64,000 nt of DNA from a virus (IMGVR_UViG_2896054739_000007:32001-96000), one strand, 5' to 3'. Positions 1 through 11,145 are shown, counted from the first letter of the stretch. Program-made: numbers and translations. Notes: generated by a model not told the origin, from the letters alone.

Positions 1-361
1 ATTTGGTCATAACATAAACCATTTAGCATGAATGGAAGCCTTACCATATCATCATTAATGAAAAAATACTTTTTTATGTCTGTGTTCCGTGTTCTCAAAA
101 CATATTCACATACTACTTCATCCATATCCAATAATTCATCTTGTGAAATTGGATATTTTTCAATTAGTTTATTAAATTTTTTACCTGTTTCAATGTGATA
201 CTTATCTTCTTCTGATAATCTGTTATAATAATCAAGCTGTTTGTTCAAAACTTCAATTTCTTTACTTATACATTCTCCAAGTAATTTGAATAAATTTATA
301 TTTTTCACCTCACTTCAAACCTTGAAATCGTGCTTTCAATGCCTCTATAATTTATTGGCTT

Positions 362-1285
362 TTATGCGACTCCATAATCTTTTAATACGGGGGCTTCATT
401 CTTAATTTCATGTAATACAACCGTAATCATTCCATCCTCAATATGTACCTCATAACCATCATAAATATTGGTATCAATAAACAGATGAATATTTATATCA
501 TTTTCAAATCCCAAATCTGGCATTTCATATTTACCAATAACATTTAAGTAAGTCTGTTTTGTCCTGTTCACAAACTCGGTAGAATATGTAATCAAGTCCT
601 TTGGTATACCCCATGCCTCGTAAAGCATTACTTTATCACCATTTAATTCCTTCTCCACTACTGGTCTGTCATAATCGTTTTCATAAAACATACACTTATA
701 CTCCTTTTCAAAAATATTTTCATCATAATTGACACTTCTAATACTATAACCACAAGAAACTGCATCTAACATTTCTTTAAATTGTTTCATCGTCTTCCCA
801 CTTCCTCTTGCGGAAGTAACAAATAAAATTGGTCTATATTTTGCTGACTCAATCACATCATCTTTTGTAATATCACAAAAATACATTCTGTCTGTTGGAT
901 CGTCATTATTATCGTATCTATTTTCTACAAATAGAGATTTTAGACACGGAAGAATAACTGTATTTACAACTTCTTTGTTCACTATCGAATCAACAATCAT
1001 TCCATTAAATCTATTCCCTCTTGCTGTGCTACTTGCTCTAACAACTTTTATGAGATTACCATTAGGAAATCTTACACTAGATTCACATTGATTATTTCTT
1101 ATTTCTGTTTTCTTTTGATCCCAAATCAAATTTGAAATAACATTTATTACAATATCACTTTTAGCTTTTGATGTTACCCAAACTCCACACTTATAATTTT
1201 CATTTGTGTTACAAAATTCTATTTGCTTTTTTAGTGCTTCAATTAAGTTTATTTTTATCACTCCTCTTTTATTTATATTCTCCAT
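362..1285 (-). CDS. Hypothetical protein with degenerate terminase/helicase-like ATPase motifs
   Basis: ARGNRFNGMIVD and ARGSGKT motifs; SD GAGGAGTG suggests an ATA start near 1252. Confidence 0.4.
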   Translation of the reverse strand: MENINKRGVIKINLIEALKKQIEFCNTNENYKCGVWVTSKAKSDIVINVISNLIWDQKKTEIRNNQCESSVRFPNGNLIKVVRASSTARGNRFNGMIVDSIVNKEVVNTVILPCLKSLFVENRYDNNDDPTDRMYFCDITKDDVIESAKYRPILFVTSARGSGKTMKQFKEMLDAVSCGYSIRSVNYDENIFEKEYKCMFYENDYDRPVVEKELNGDKVMLYEAWGIPKDLITYSTEFVNRTKQTYLNVIGKYEMPDLGFENDINIHLFIDTNIYDGYEVHIEDGMITVVLHEIKNEAPVLKDYGVA

Positions 1286-1598
1286 TCATCCGCTGTTCTA
1301 ATATCTTTGCCTCTCTCCTTAATCCTCTATCAATTTTCAGCAAACTGTTAGTATATTTCACCCATTCTTCTGCTTCTATCTTTTGAATATGATCTGACAC
1401 TTCTCTATGTATCATATCTTGCATTTTTAAATAATCTTGTAGAGATTTAGGTATTCTAATATATTTACTGTAACTTCCAGATTCTAAGACTCGTTTTATA
1501 TCTTCTCCAATATTATGTTCGTGTCCATCAGTTTCAAATAATTCTTGAAGTTCTTTTTGCTTAAAATCTGTAAACGTTTTATCAATACATTTGCCCAT
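1269..1598 (-). CDS. Hypothetical protein (frame extends upstream towards SD GGAGGTG at about 1690)
   Basis: ORF track plus SD position. Confidence 0.6.
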   Translation of the reverse strand: MGKCIDKTFTDFKQKELQELFETDGHEHNIGEDIKRVLESGSYSKYIRIPKSLQDYLKMQDMIHREVSDHIQKIEAEEWVKYTNSLLKIDRGLRREAKILEQRMNGEYK

Positions 1599-1713
1599 TT
1601 CTTCAAGTAAAGAATCATGTATTTCTTTTTCATGTTCTTTGAAGAATTGAAAAAGTTCATATTTTTGTTTTGGAATTATTGATTATCACCTCCCACCAAA
1701 TGAAACCAAGATT

Positions 1714-2364
1714 TTATTGAACTAAAATACTATTCAATTTACTATCCGCTATATCAAAATACTCTTTGTCAATTTCATACCCCAGATATTTTCTATCTAA
1801 TTCTTTTGCAGCTACTAACGTAGAGCCTGTACCACAAAAAGGATCAAATACAATATCTCCTTCTCTACTCGAATTACTAATATAGAATTTCAATAGATCT
1901 ACAGGTTTTTCACATGGGTGAGTTTTGTTACCAATGATATTATCAAATTGATGAACTGTCTTACTTCCACCTATATCATTAATCCATTTTGCTTTTCCTT
2001 TTCTAAGAAATAATATATACTCACAATTCTTCATATAAAATTGTGAACACACACAATTATTCTTTTCCCAACATAAAAGATTATGTAATTTAAAACCTGC
2101 TTTCTGTGATTCATTCAACATTTCAGTCAAGTTTAGAACATTTGTAAATATATAAGCATGACTTCCATATTTCAAAATTCTATATACTTCTGGCATCCAA
2201 TCATATATATTTACATTTTGATGTGCGAATAATGTACCAGAATTTCTTTTTAATATACCTTTTGGACGCTTTGTGCGTTTTCCATCTTTACATCCACCAG
2301 AGATTGTCTTATAGGGAGGATCGGTAACTAACAAATCTATACATTCAGATTCCATATTTTTCAT
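1714..2364 (-). CDS. N4/N6 DNA methyltransferase (beta class)
   Basis: TDPPY, HPCEKP and DPFCGTGST motifs; frame open upstream to about 2406 (IEINKIFNIDSI). Confidence 0.92.
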   Translation of the reverse strand: MKNMESECIDLLVTDPPYKTISGGCKDGKRTKRPKGILKRNSGTLFAHQNVNIYDWMPEVYRILKYGSHAYIFTNVLNLTEMLNESQKAGFKLHNLLCWEKNNCVCSQFYMKNCEYILFLRKGKAKWINDIGGSKTVHQFDNIIGNKTHPCEKPVDLLKFYISNSSREGDIVFDPFCGTGSTLVAAKELDRKYLGYEIDKEYFDIADSKLNSILVQ

Positions 2365-2471
2365 TGCCTTAATAGAATCTATATTGAAAATTTTGTTTAT
2401 TTCTATTTTTTCTTCACCAGAAAGTCCATATGGTTCACAGTAGCTACACTTTGTTTTTCCTTTCTGATTTT

Positions 2472-3233
2472 TTATATCAAATAATTTCTATCGTTGTGAA
2501 TATCAAACTCATATCTCAACAAAGCATCATGTACTTTTTGCGGAATTATACTCTTATATTCATTCGCTATCTTTACTATTTCTTCTTCCTTTTTCTGCGA
2601 ATATACTTTGTACGCTTTTTCGATTGTGTCAAACGAACCTAAATCTTTACCAGAATATCGTGCTGAGTATCCTTTATTAAGTTTATCAATACCATTAGGT
2701 AAATTTCTTTGATTTGGTTTATTTACAAAAAGCATATTGATTCTTTGAGGAACTAACAGACATTTATTTGGCTCATAGATTTTGTTTCCTGGATATAAAA
2801 TATCTTTATCTAAATGTAACCTCCCTTTTACTTCGTATTTATTATTTTCATACCATTCTGCAAAATTTTGATAACATAACCATTCTTCACATACTGTACT
2901 CTCTTTATAATAAACAGTTGATTCATCACAATAACATCTATATAGCATCGTAACCCATGTATTATAAGCATCCGTATGTCTTTGTGGAGATTTCTTAGTT
3001 TTATATTTTCCTTCCCCAATATACCCAATGCCGTTTACTGTAATATCATATGGATTGCTGACTTGTCCTCTTTTGAAATTTGAATAAGTTGTATTTGTTA
3101 TATAATGATGTTGGTCTAAAAATTCAACTTGCATATTATCATGTGAATGATATACAAGAATCATCATATCAGTTCCTTTATTATTCTTACGAATTTCACC
3201 AGTTCTATCTATATTTTCACCTCCATATGCCAA
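2472..3233 (-). CDS. HNH-type homing endonuclease-like protein, paralog 1
   Basis: VCEEW..FAEW, LHLDKDI, CLLVPQRIN; AP2-like C-terminus. Confidence 0.75.
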   Translation of the reverse strand: MAYGGENIDRTGEIRKNNKGTDMMILVYHSHDNMQVEFLDQHHYITNTTYSNFKRGQVSNPYDITVNGIGYIGEGKYKTKKSPQRHTDAYNTWVTMLYRCYCDESTVYYKESTVCEEWLCYQNFAEWYENNKYEVKGRLHLDKDILYPGNKIYEPNKCLLVPQRINMLFVNKPNQRNLPNGIDKLNKGYSARYSGKDLGSFDTIEKAYKVYSQKKEEEIVKIANEYKSIIPQKVHDALLRYEFDIHNDRNYLI

Positions 3234-3246
3234 GGAAATTAACCTT

Positions 3247-3525
3247 TCAAGGCAACATTTTCTTATAGAAATGATTATCTCTATATACTCTTTTCTTTAA
3301 AATTTTAAGAATACTTATCAAATTTTCTAACCCATCAACATTGTCAAAAACAATTTCTCCAATAGGCACGCCAACATCATTTTCTATTTTTTCTCCTAAT
3401 CTTCCAACTGTATCTAATTGAGAAAAGATGAGACTGACTTTATCAAGCTCTGGATCAACTGTTTGTGTTATAGCAATATCTCCATTTCCTAAATAAATAA
3501 TTGGAATTTCTTTTTTATTTGACAT
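3247..3525 (-). CDS. Hypothetical protein
   Basis: ORF with SD; stop lies in boundary palindrome. Confidence 0.65.
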   Translation of the reverse strand: MSNKKEIPIIYLGNGDIAITQTVDPELDKVSLIFSQLDTVGRLGEKIENDVGVPIGEIVFDNVDGLENLISILKILKKRVYRDNHFYKKMLP

Positions 3526-3799
3526 ATTTCACTTCTCCAATCCAAACAACATCTTACAGTCATTTTCATTATTCTCTATAATATCCATAAGTGTATGGCT
3601 ACAATAACTGCCATTCAGATAATACTTTTGATAATCATGTTTGATCCTCTCAAAAGTCCAATCATAATTGTGACAATCTATGTAACACTGTAAACGCTGC
3701 CAAGCATATTCTTCAACTATACACCTATCACAATTTTTGTGTTCTTCATTACAGTAATCACCGATAAGAGGACATACCTTTTCTTTTCTGGTATATTCG

Positions 3800-4048
3800 T
3801 TATCCATCTTTTCTTTCCTTGAACTTTTTGACAATTTGAGGAATACATCCGTAAAATCCCCAACATGTTTGAACCTTTTCAACTTCTTTAACTTCATAAT
3901 CGTTAGCAATACCATTAAACTCCAACCATGAAACAATAGATGATATTAAATTTTCTTCATTCATATTATAACTGCCACCCCCATCAGAACCATGTACAAT
4001 GGCTTCTACAATTATTCTATTAATTATTTCAATTTCTTTTTCTAACAT
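3800..4048 (-). CDS. Hypothetical protein
   Basis: GGAGG SD, ATG. Confidence 0.65.
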   Translation of the reverse strand: MLEKEIEIINRIIVEAIVHGSDGGGSYNMNEENLISSIVSWLEFNGIANDYEVKEVEKVQTCWGFYGCIPQIVKKFKERKDG

Positions 4049-4082
4049 AATTTTCCTCCCTTGAAACTCTGGTTTTAAGTCC

Positions 4083-4829
4083 TTACTCTAACCACTTATT
4101 ATCCAAATAATAAAACCCAAACACACAGCCGCCGATTAACACAATCCAGAATATCCAGAATATGATTAATCCTCCACCGGCTTCTAAATACTCGACTGTT
4201 TCATTTATATTTTTGTCAATATAAAACTTTGTATTATCCGAAATTGTTTGATTTCTTAAATCTGTAAAGATTGTTCCTGTGTATTTTGTTCCTATTCCAT
4301 AATATTTGTACCTGATATGACTTGATTCTTTGATGGTGTCAATATAATTTGTGTTTGGCAAATCAATCTTATTGCTACCAAAAGTAATTCCACAAAAGGA
4401 TATTTCTTGGCATTTCTTATCCTCGCTACCTACTCTATCCCAAGTCCAATAAACTTTTGTACGATAGTGTTTTCCTGACTTTACTCGTTTAGTATGTCTT
4501 GTATATTTCTCTTTTACTTTTTCAACATATATGTACTCGCCGCCAATCTCTGGATAAGTAACTGTATCAACAGCCACTAAATCGCCATACACAAAGGCAT
4601 TTCCAACATTCGTGTCCATGCCATACTGAAATAAATCTGTATTATCTATTTTTACTGCCTTGTTATAAACCTCATTTGCGTCTAGTTGGTGTTCTGAAAT
4701 CTTGCTAGAAATCAGAACACCAATTAGTAACATTACAGCCACAATAGAAATACTTGCTAAAATTTCTCTCTTGGTAATTTCAAAATCACCAAAATCAAAT
4801 CCATTCTTTCTATAACTGTATCTACTCAT
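4083..4829 (-). CDS. Two-TM membrane protein coupled to LemA
   Basis: N- and C-terminal hydrophobic helices; directly follows lemA. Confidence 0.7.
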   Translation of the reverse strand: MSRYSYRKNGFDFGDFEITKREILASISIVAVMLLIGVLISSKISEHQLDANEVYNKAVKIDNTDLFQYGMDTNVGNAFVYGDLVAVDTVTYPEIGGEYIYVEKVKEKYTRHTKRVKSGKHYRTKVYWTWDRVGSEDKKCQEISFCGITFGSNKIDLPNTNYIDTIKESSHIRYKYYGIGTKYTGTIFTDLRNQTISDNTKFYIDKNINETVEYLEAGGGLIIFWIFWIVLIGGCVFGFYYLDNKWLE

Positions 4830-4831
4830 AT

Positions 4832-5383
4832 TTATTCTCCAAACAAATTCTGAGGTGCTGTCTCAGGTGCGTCATAATCCAAATATGTATAATCCTGCGC
4901 TTCATAACCAAGCATATTTAAAAATATTCTTGTTGGAAACTTGCGAACATATCTGCTGTACTCTTTTACCTGTTTATTATAATTACTTCTATATTCCGCA
5001 ATCAGATTTTCAGTCATTACCAATTCATTCATAAGCTGCTTATAGTTTTCATTTGACTTCAGCTCTGGATATGCTTCTGAAACTGCTGTAATGGCTGTTG
5101 TCACATTTTCAATATCACCTGCTGATCCACGCCCCTCAGCGATAGCTGTGAGAGTTTCAAATTCATGTTTGTCATATTGCTTCACGCAATCAGCAAGGTT
5201 ATACACCAAATCTACTCTTCTTTTCTCCTGAACTTTAATATCTGATTGTGCTGTGTTTACCTGTTCTTCCAAAGCAAACGCTCTATTCTGAGAACTCTGT
5301 ACACCAAATACACAAAGTAGGATAACAGCTACAATACCTACTCCAATGATTAACGGTAACTTCCAATTTGTTTTCTTGTTCAT
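4832..5383 (-). CDS. lemA: LemA family protein
   Basis: N-terminal TM, RRVDLVYNL, EAYPELKSNENY, YNKQVKEY...FP. Confidence 0.9.
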   Translation of the reverse strand: MNKKTNWKLPLIIGVGIVAVILLCVFGVQSSQNRAFALEEQVNTAQSDIKVQEKRRVDLVYNLADCVKQYDKHEFETLTAIAEGRGSAGDIENVTTAITAVSEAYPELKSNENYKQLMNELVMTENLIAEYRSNYNKQVKEYSRYVRKFPTRIFLNMLGYEAQDYTYLDYDAPETAPQNLFGE

Positions 5384-5581
5384 AATTTTCTTTCTCCTTT
5401 TAATTTTATTTTTTATCTGATTGAGTAATCAGAATTTTATTGATTTCTTAACGGCAAAATATTATTGACAAACATTTCCATTTTTGTTACAATATTTTCA
5501 AATAAACGATAGATTAAGACTTAAGACTATTAACGTACAAAAGATAAACATACATCGCCAAAATGAAAGGGGTACAGCCGT

Positions 5582-5740
5582 ATGATTTATTTTTGTGTAA
5601 CTTTAATAGTTTTTTTATTTTTCCTTTGCTTTGTAATTTACAAAAAGAAAAACGATAATCTTGATCTTAACCTGAAAATTAATTTTCTACATATTTTACA
5701 GATTGAATTGGGTTGTAAATCTTCCAAAAAGAAAAAGTAA
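5582..5740 (+). CDS. 52-aa TM peptide with basic tail (type I toxin-like), own promoter
   Basis: MIYFCVTLIVFLFFLCFVIYKKK...SSKKKK; TTGACA-17-TACAAT at about 5465-5493; SD AAGGGG. Confidence 0.6.
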   Translation: MIYFCVTLIVFLFFLCFVIYKKKNDNLDLNLKINFLHILQIELGCKSSKKKK

Positions 5741-5764
5741 TAACGTGCCAATGAAAGCAAAATT

Positions 5765-6160
5765 TCAACAAATCGTCCTTAAATAATTTTGATAATCTTC
5801 CTTTGTATATTCATATTTATTTGCTATGTTTACACATTTTTCTGTTTTCCAAGGTTCACATCCTTCATCTTCTAATGTAGAAAACCAATATCCAATTAAA
5901 TCTTTAATATCACTATACATCTCATTAATTCTATTCTTTATACTTTCTGCTTCATGAAAACTAAATTTTCTAACAGCAACTAATGAATTTAAATAATCCC
6001 ATGCTACTTGAAAATCATCCCTGCTTTCTTTATAAAAATAACACTCACCATACTTATCTGTAGCCGATTCTGCTGGAATATCAAAATTAGTATGATTATC
6101 ACTATCTATATGATGATGTCCACAATCGCCTGTATAATTTTTACATGTTTTACAATTCAT
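5765..6160 (-). CDS. Hypothetical Cys/His-rich protein
   Basis: SD GGAGG before MNCKTCK. Confidence 0.6.
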   Translation of the reverse strand: MNCKTCKNYTGDCGHHHIDSDNHTNFDIPAESATDKYGECYFYKESRDDFQVAWDYLNSLVAVRKFSFHEAESIKNRINEMYSDIKDLIGYWFSTLEDEGCEPWKTEKCVNIANKYEYTKEDYQNYLRTIC

Positions 6161-6433
6161 AAATCCTCCAATTTTCCCAATGAAAGAGTTGTTTTCTGGC
6201 ATCAATCTAACACTGGTTTACATGTATCTGACCATCTTTTATCTTTATGTTTTTCTATGAATTTTTCACACTCATCCCAATCTTTATGTAACGAAAAAAG
6301 TATTTTCCACAATATTTACATTTTAATTCTATTTCTAAAAAACGGATATCATTATCGTTATATCCGTGAGTCCAATGCCAGCAAACCACCTCACTATTTT
6401 TATGTCTGCAAAACAAATCCATAATCCTTTTAA

Positions 6434-6811
6434 TCATTTTCTTCTCCATTCCTCACACTGAAATCCGTTCTGATTTAACCACTCAGCTACCAAATATCTG
6501 TGACAAAAATCTGATGGTTTCTCATAACAAATCAGTGCAATGTCTTTGCCATTTACATTCGGAACTAAATAATTTAATTCCTTAATTACAGTGGCAGCAT
6601 CTAAAACATCCAGAACCTCAACTTTAAAACGCTCTATATAATAGTCATTATCATGATTCTTTTTCCATTCCATGAAGAATCCATACTTTGGAGCCAACTT
6701 TTTATACTGTAATCCCTTATACCAGTCAGGTGCTTTACCACAGATTGAGATTGGTATAATGTTATGATTTTCTAACTCTTTTAGCTTTGCAAAATAACTC
6801 GTGTATATCAT
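6434..6811 (-). CDS. DUF488-like protein
   Basis: IYTSYFA, LAP, LICYEKPSDFCHR. Confidence 0.8.
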   Translation of the reverse strand: MIYTSYFAKLKELENHNIIPISICGKAPDWYKGLQYKKLAPKYGFFMEWKKNHDNDYYIERFKVEVLDVLDAATVIKELNYLVPNVNGKDIALICYEKPSDFCHRYLVAEWLNQNGFQCEEWRRK

Positions 6812-7620
6812 TTACTATTCATTTCATCCCCCACATAATTTTTATCATGAACAATAGATACTTCATATTTCAACAGTGCTTGATACACTTCGTCTGGAAT
6901 AATCTCTTTGTACTCATTTGCAATATTTATAATATCTTTTTTCTTTTTACTGGCGTATACGGAATATGCTTCCTCAACAGAGTTATATACTCCTAATTCC
7001 ATTTGATTATACTTTGCCAAATATCCACAAGAATTTTTTCTAATTCCATTTGGAAGACCACGTTTATTTGGTTTATTTAAGAAAAGCATATTAATTCGTT
7101 GTGGAACTAATAAACATTTTTCTGGTGCATAAACAGTATTCCCAGGACATTTTATATCTTTGTCTAAGTGTAGTCTCCCATCACATTCATATTCTCTTTC
7201 CTTATACCAATCTGCAAATAGCTGATAATTTAACCATTCATTACATACAGTACATTTATCATAATATGAAGGATGAAGTTCCTGATTTTTGTCGTAGTAA
7301 CACCTTTCGATCATGTGCATCCAACATAAATAAACTCTTGAAAATTTACCATTATGTTTAACTTTCCACTTACCATCACCAATATAACCAATACCAAATA
7401 CAGATCTATCATATGGATTTTTAATAGTACCTTTTACAAAATTTGAATATGCACTATGCCTTTTCACATAATGAAAATCATCTAAAAATTCCACATCCAT
7501 GTCATTTCGTTTACGATAAGCGATAATTTTCATTTTTGTTCCCTGGTTATTGATTCTTATTTCTCCTAATCTATCCGTTTTATCACCTCTTTCTAAATGG
7601 CAAGGAAATGAAAAATTCAT
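6808..7620 (-). CDS. HNH-type homing endonuclease-like protein, paralog 2
   Basis: LHLDKDI, CLLVPQRINMLF, LPNG shared with paralogs. Confidence 0.75.
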   Translation of the reverse strand: MNFSFPCHLERGDKTDRLGEIRINNQGTKMKIIAYRKRNDMDVEFLDDFHYVKRHSAYSNFVKGTIKNPYDRSVFGIGYIGDGKWKVKHNGKFSRVYLCWMHMIERCYYDKNQELHPSYYDKCTVCNEWLNYQLFADWYKEREYECDGRLHLDKDIKCPGNTVYAPEKCLLVPQRINMLFLNKPNKRGLPNGIRKNSCGYLAKYNQMELGVYNSVEEAYSVYASKKKKDIINIANEYKEIIPDEVYQALLKYEVSIVHDKNYVGDEMNSK

Positions 7621-8063
7621 TCGTACTTATTCTTAAATCCTGATGAATACTCTGCTTCATCATCTTGATATACTGTGATTTCTCTATCACTCATTCCTAC
7701 ATACTCAAGTTCATACTTTTTAATATAAGCATCCATTGACTTAGGTTTCATCTCACCCCAAGAAGGATATGGAAATGTTGTTTTATCTCTAAAATCCATT
7801 CGCCCATATTCTCTTGGATCATAATCATAACCTTTTCTTCTACATACGAATTTGTCAAACTCAATACCATTCGCTCTATGCCAGTCAATAATCGAATATG
7901 TATTGAACTCATAAGAATTTTCAGCCATACGATTATAACTAACATAATCGATTATAATGTCTGCCCAGGGGTATTTCTTACTTCTGAAGATCATTCCTGT
8001 TTTATATTTCTCTTTGTATTTTTTTATTACAATGCTAACCTTTTTGTCTGTATAAAATATCAT
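7617..8063 (-). CDS. Hypothetical protein
   Basis: ORF track. Confidence 0.6.
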   Translation of the reverse strand: MIFYTDKKVSIVIKKYKEKYKTGMIFRSKKYPWADIIIDYVSYNRMAENSYEFNTYSIIDWHRANGIEFDKFVCRRKGYDYDPREYGRMDFRDKTTFPYPSWGEMKPKSMDAYIKKYELEYVGMSDREITVYQDDEAEYSSGFKNKYE

Positions 8064-8369
8064 TCATATTAATTCCAACAGATTTTTTACTCCACTTTTT
8101 ACAATCAATATGAGTCCTGATAAATACGTTAGCCCTACTTTCAATATCTAAAATATCTTTTACTGCTTTCATACACTCTTCTTTGTACATACACACGTCT
8201 TCTTTATCACAGTTCTCACAAATTTTTTCACCAGTGTTTTTAATATTTGGCATTGGAATATTGCAGTTTGTTTGTGGTAATTTACTATTACTTTCATAAG
8301 TTCTTGATACTTTCTGCATATCATACTCAGATGCAACACCGTTAATAATACTACTCATTCTATTTCTCC

Positions 8370-9143
8370 TCACAAAACAATATTGTTCCATTTCTTGTTC
8401 TTTTCATATTTCCACTGAATATTTCCAAAACTGATTCTCGTTTCAATTTCTTCTACATTTTTCATAGAAAGTAACCATTCACGATACGCATTCACTTCCT
8501 CATCTGTAGCATCCTGAAATACTTTCCAATGATTAAGAGTTTTGTCAATCTCCTCTACTGCCCATTCATAATCAGACAATGTAGCTTGTCTTCTAAATTC
8601 TGCAAGATACTCTTCTACTTCAGCCTTTGCCTCTTGATATGTAAAATACACTTTATCTGGCCTGATGCTCACATGAGTTATATGATGTTGCCACATAGGG
8701 TATTTCTTAATGATGCGAAATCCTTCTTTGGTAATATCAGTTTCAATATTTCCATGAAAAATCTTATTGGATTTAACAAGCAAACCTGATTCATATGCTT
8801 TCTTAATTGACTCTGGATCATCTATTCGCACACATAATTCTTTAAATAATTTTTCATCTTCAGAATCAGTTTTCCATTCCAAATCAAACAATTTTGTATT
8901 ATGTGTCCAGCCTTTAGGAAGTTTTCTATATTTTTGGTTATCCTTAAATTCATCAATTGGAACTCCATTTATATATCTTGTTTCTTTTGGTTCCAATAGA
9001 TCTATACATACAGCATCAGAAAATTGTTCGTCTACTCTGCCATATTGAACACTATATTCATTTCTACTTTTATTACACCAATAAACAATATCTCCATGTT
9101 TAAATCTTTTTCCAAAACCTTTTTTGATATTTATCACCACCAT
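8370..9143 (-). CDS. Hypothetical phage protein
   Basis: 257-aa ORF with SD. Confidence 0.7.
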   Translation of the reverse strand: MVVINIKKGFGKRFKHGDIVYWCNKSRNEYSVQYGRVDEQFSDAVCIDLLEPKETRYINGVPIDEFKDNQKYRKLPKGWTHNTKLFDLEWKTDSEDEKLFKELCVRIDDPESIKKAYESGLLVKSNKIFHGNIETDITKEGFRIIKKYPMWQHHITHVSIRPDKVYFTYQEAKAEVEEYLAEFRRQATLSDYEWAVEEIDKTLNHWKVFQDATDEEVNAYREWLLSMKNVEEIETRISFGNIQWKYEKNKKWNNIVL

Positions 9144-9278
9144 TCCTTTTTTTAGTGTAATTCTCCCCTCGTTATATACAAGGAAGTATCTACACTACTG
9201 CTTGTCATAAACATCATTCCTATCATCTATAGGAAATCGTTAGAATTGTTAAGGTGATTATCTGCCGAATGGAAGAAA

Positions 9279-9869
9279 TCAATTATGAGCTGGTAAATCT
9301 ATTAAATCTTTATTATTTAATATCCAAATCGCTCTTCTCATATGTTTTCTCTTTAATCCTCTATTTTTAAACCAAGGACACATAATCAGTTTTCCTTTTT
9401 TCACCGATGACGTTTGTACTAAGTGTGTGTCTTTAAAACACTCTAAATCAAAGCACTCATCATCAAGAATTACAAAGTTATCTACTTCGTTTTGGTGTTT
9501 TGATAGCCAAGATAATATTTCTTTATCACGCCTACCATCGGATGATTTTGGTGTAATATCAATAACTTCAATATTGTATTTATTTAGCAAATCTGTTAGC
9601 AACTTCTGATCATCTGTTTTCTCTTCATATGGTACATTCCAAAATCCACCACGCCAACTACTTGACATTACAACTTTTGAATCTGTTGCAGCCACAATCT
9701 TAGATAAGTACTTAATCTTTTCTTTATGAATGGTAAATGAATTTCTTATATGTTTTCTATACCAATCTTGTATGTGCAACAAACAAGACACATTCCAGCC
9801 TAATAAAGACCAAAAATCATACCCATTTAATACACCATCAACATCAAGAAATATAATTTTTTGTTTTAT
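9279..9869 (-). CDS. HAD-domain protein (RNA-repair Swiss-army-knife type), ATA start
   Basis: Upstream in-frame IIFLDVDGVLN missed by the ORF track; VMSSSWR, FVILDD; SD GGAGGTG before ATA. Confidence 0.8.
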   Translation of the reverse strand: MKQKIIFLDVDGVLNGYDFWSLLGWNVSCLLHIQDWYRKHIRNSFTIHKEKIKYLSKIVAATDSKVVMSSSWRGGFWNVPYEEKTDDQKLLTDLLNKYNIEVIDITPKSSDGRRDKEILSWLSKHQNEVDNFVILDDECFDLECFKDTHLVQTSSVKKGKLIMCPWFKNRGLKRKHMRRAIWILNNKDLIDLPAHN

Positions 9870-9915
9870 AAATCACACCTCCTACCATGAAACCGATGAT
9901 TTAAGTCTATATGTA

Positions 9916-10797
9916 CTATTCCTCTTTTGCAAAATTCAACATTTCATCTTTTGCTCTCTGGTAGAAATTACGGTCAATTTCAAAACCATAAGCACTTCTA
10001 CCAAGTTCATAAGCAGCTCTTAATGTAGTTCCACTTCCGCAACACGGATCAATAACTACATCACCAGGATCAGTAAATATTTCAATCAATCGTTTCAGAA
10101 CTGCTACTGGCTTCTGAGCTGGATGAATCTTAGGTATCTCTTTCCCCTTATCTTTTTCCCACATCATATATGTACTGTTGTTATAATAAGTTCTTCCCCA
10201 TTCATCTTCATTCCCACCATCAAACCAATTAAAAATCATATGTCCTGTACCTGGAATATTCTTGCCATTCTCGTCAATTTGAAGTCCATTTCTGAATTTA
10301 GGCAATTTATCTCTGTATAACAGAAGTGCATACTCAGCGGCTCCTACAACACGCATATTCGCTTTAAGCACCTGTGGACTATAATTCTTACAAAAGATCA
10401 GCGGAATGTAATGAACAAATTCATGCTTCTCTGCTGCTTTGATGAGTGTCTGAATCTGTTCAAATGAGCAAAATACAATCATACAAGGTGAATTACTGCT
10501 CCGACCTCTTGGAACGGGTCTAGTATCATCCTTTTTCAGCATCTTGGAACAAAAATGAAAATACTCATATAGATTAAAATTGAAATCAGAGTTGAACGCT
10601 GCTTTACCAGCTAATTTGCTTTCACCTTTTTTATTGTCTCCTCCGTTGTACCACATCGGATTTGAACCGTAAAAATTATTTCCTACATTATATGGAACAT
10701 CTGCAATAATTAACTGAGCAGGTGGAATTGCATACTTCTTATAATTTTGCATAGAGTCCCTATATAATTCACATTTGATTTTCTTTTGATATTCCAT
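9916..10797 (-). CDS. N4/N6 DNA methyltransferase
   Basis: ADVPY, HPAQKP, DPCCGSGTT. Confidence 0.9.
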   Translation of the reverse strand: MEYQKKIKCELYRDSMQNYKKYAIPPAQLIIADVPYNVGNNFYGSNPMWYNGGDNKKGESKLAGKAAFNSDFNFNLYEYFHFCSKMLKKDDTRPVPRGRSSNSPCMIVFCSFEQIQTLIKAAEKHEFVHYIPLIFCKNYSPQVLKANMRVVGAAEYALLLYRDKLPKFRNGLQIDENGKNIPGTGHMIFNWFDGGNEDEWGRTYYNNSTYMMWEKDKGKEIPKIHPAQKPVAVLKRLIEIFTDPGDVVIDPCCGSGTTLRAAYELGRSAYGFEIDRNFYQRAKDEMLNFAKEE

Positions 10798-10932
10798 TCT
10801 TATTTAGGAGTAAATCCGGATTTATTCTGCGCAGAAACCTCATTTCCTCCTAATCTTTTTCTTTATTTGCTTTGCATTTGCTTATTTGTTACTTCTACTT
10901 CTCAACTATCAATGAATCGAAATTTTTATTGC

Positions 10933-11145
10933 TTAATATTCTTCTTCTGGCTCGTCAGGTTCCTCTAGTTCCATTCCTAAAATACAACCAATCTGATATG
11001 CTGCCCAACTTGTTCCAGATTCATATCCATCATTAAAGCAATCATCATAATTTCCCGCTGATCTCTCTGATGTCCACCCAGTAGAATATTGTTTATAATG
11101 ATCTTTCACCCATTCCTCTAATTTCTTTTTGATATTACTATCCAT
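10933..11145 (-). CDS. Hypothetical protein
   Basis: SD AAGGAG; flanked by boundary palindromes. Confidence 0.65.
   Translation of the reverse strand: MDSNIKKKLEEWVKDHYKQYSTGWTSERSAGNYDDCFNDGYESGTSWAAYQIGCILGMELEEPDEPEEEY

Noticed and set aside
362-1285. Terminase large subunit
   Set aside because: Only degenerate motifs, no nuclease domain and no packaging context
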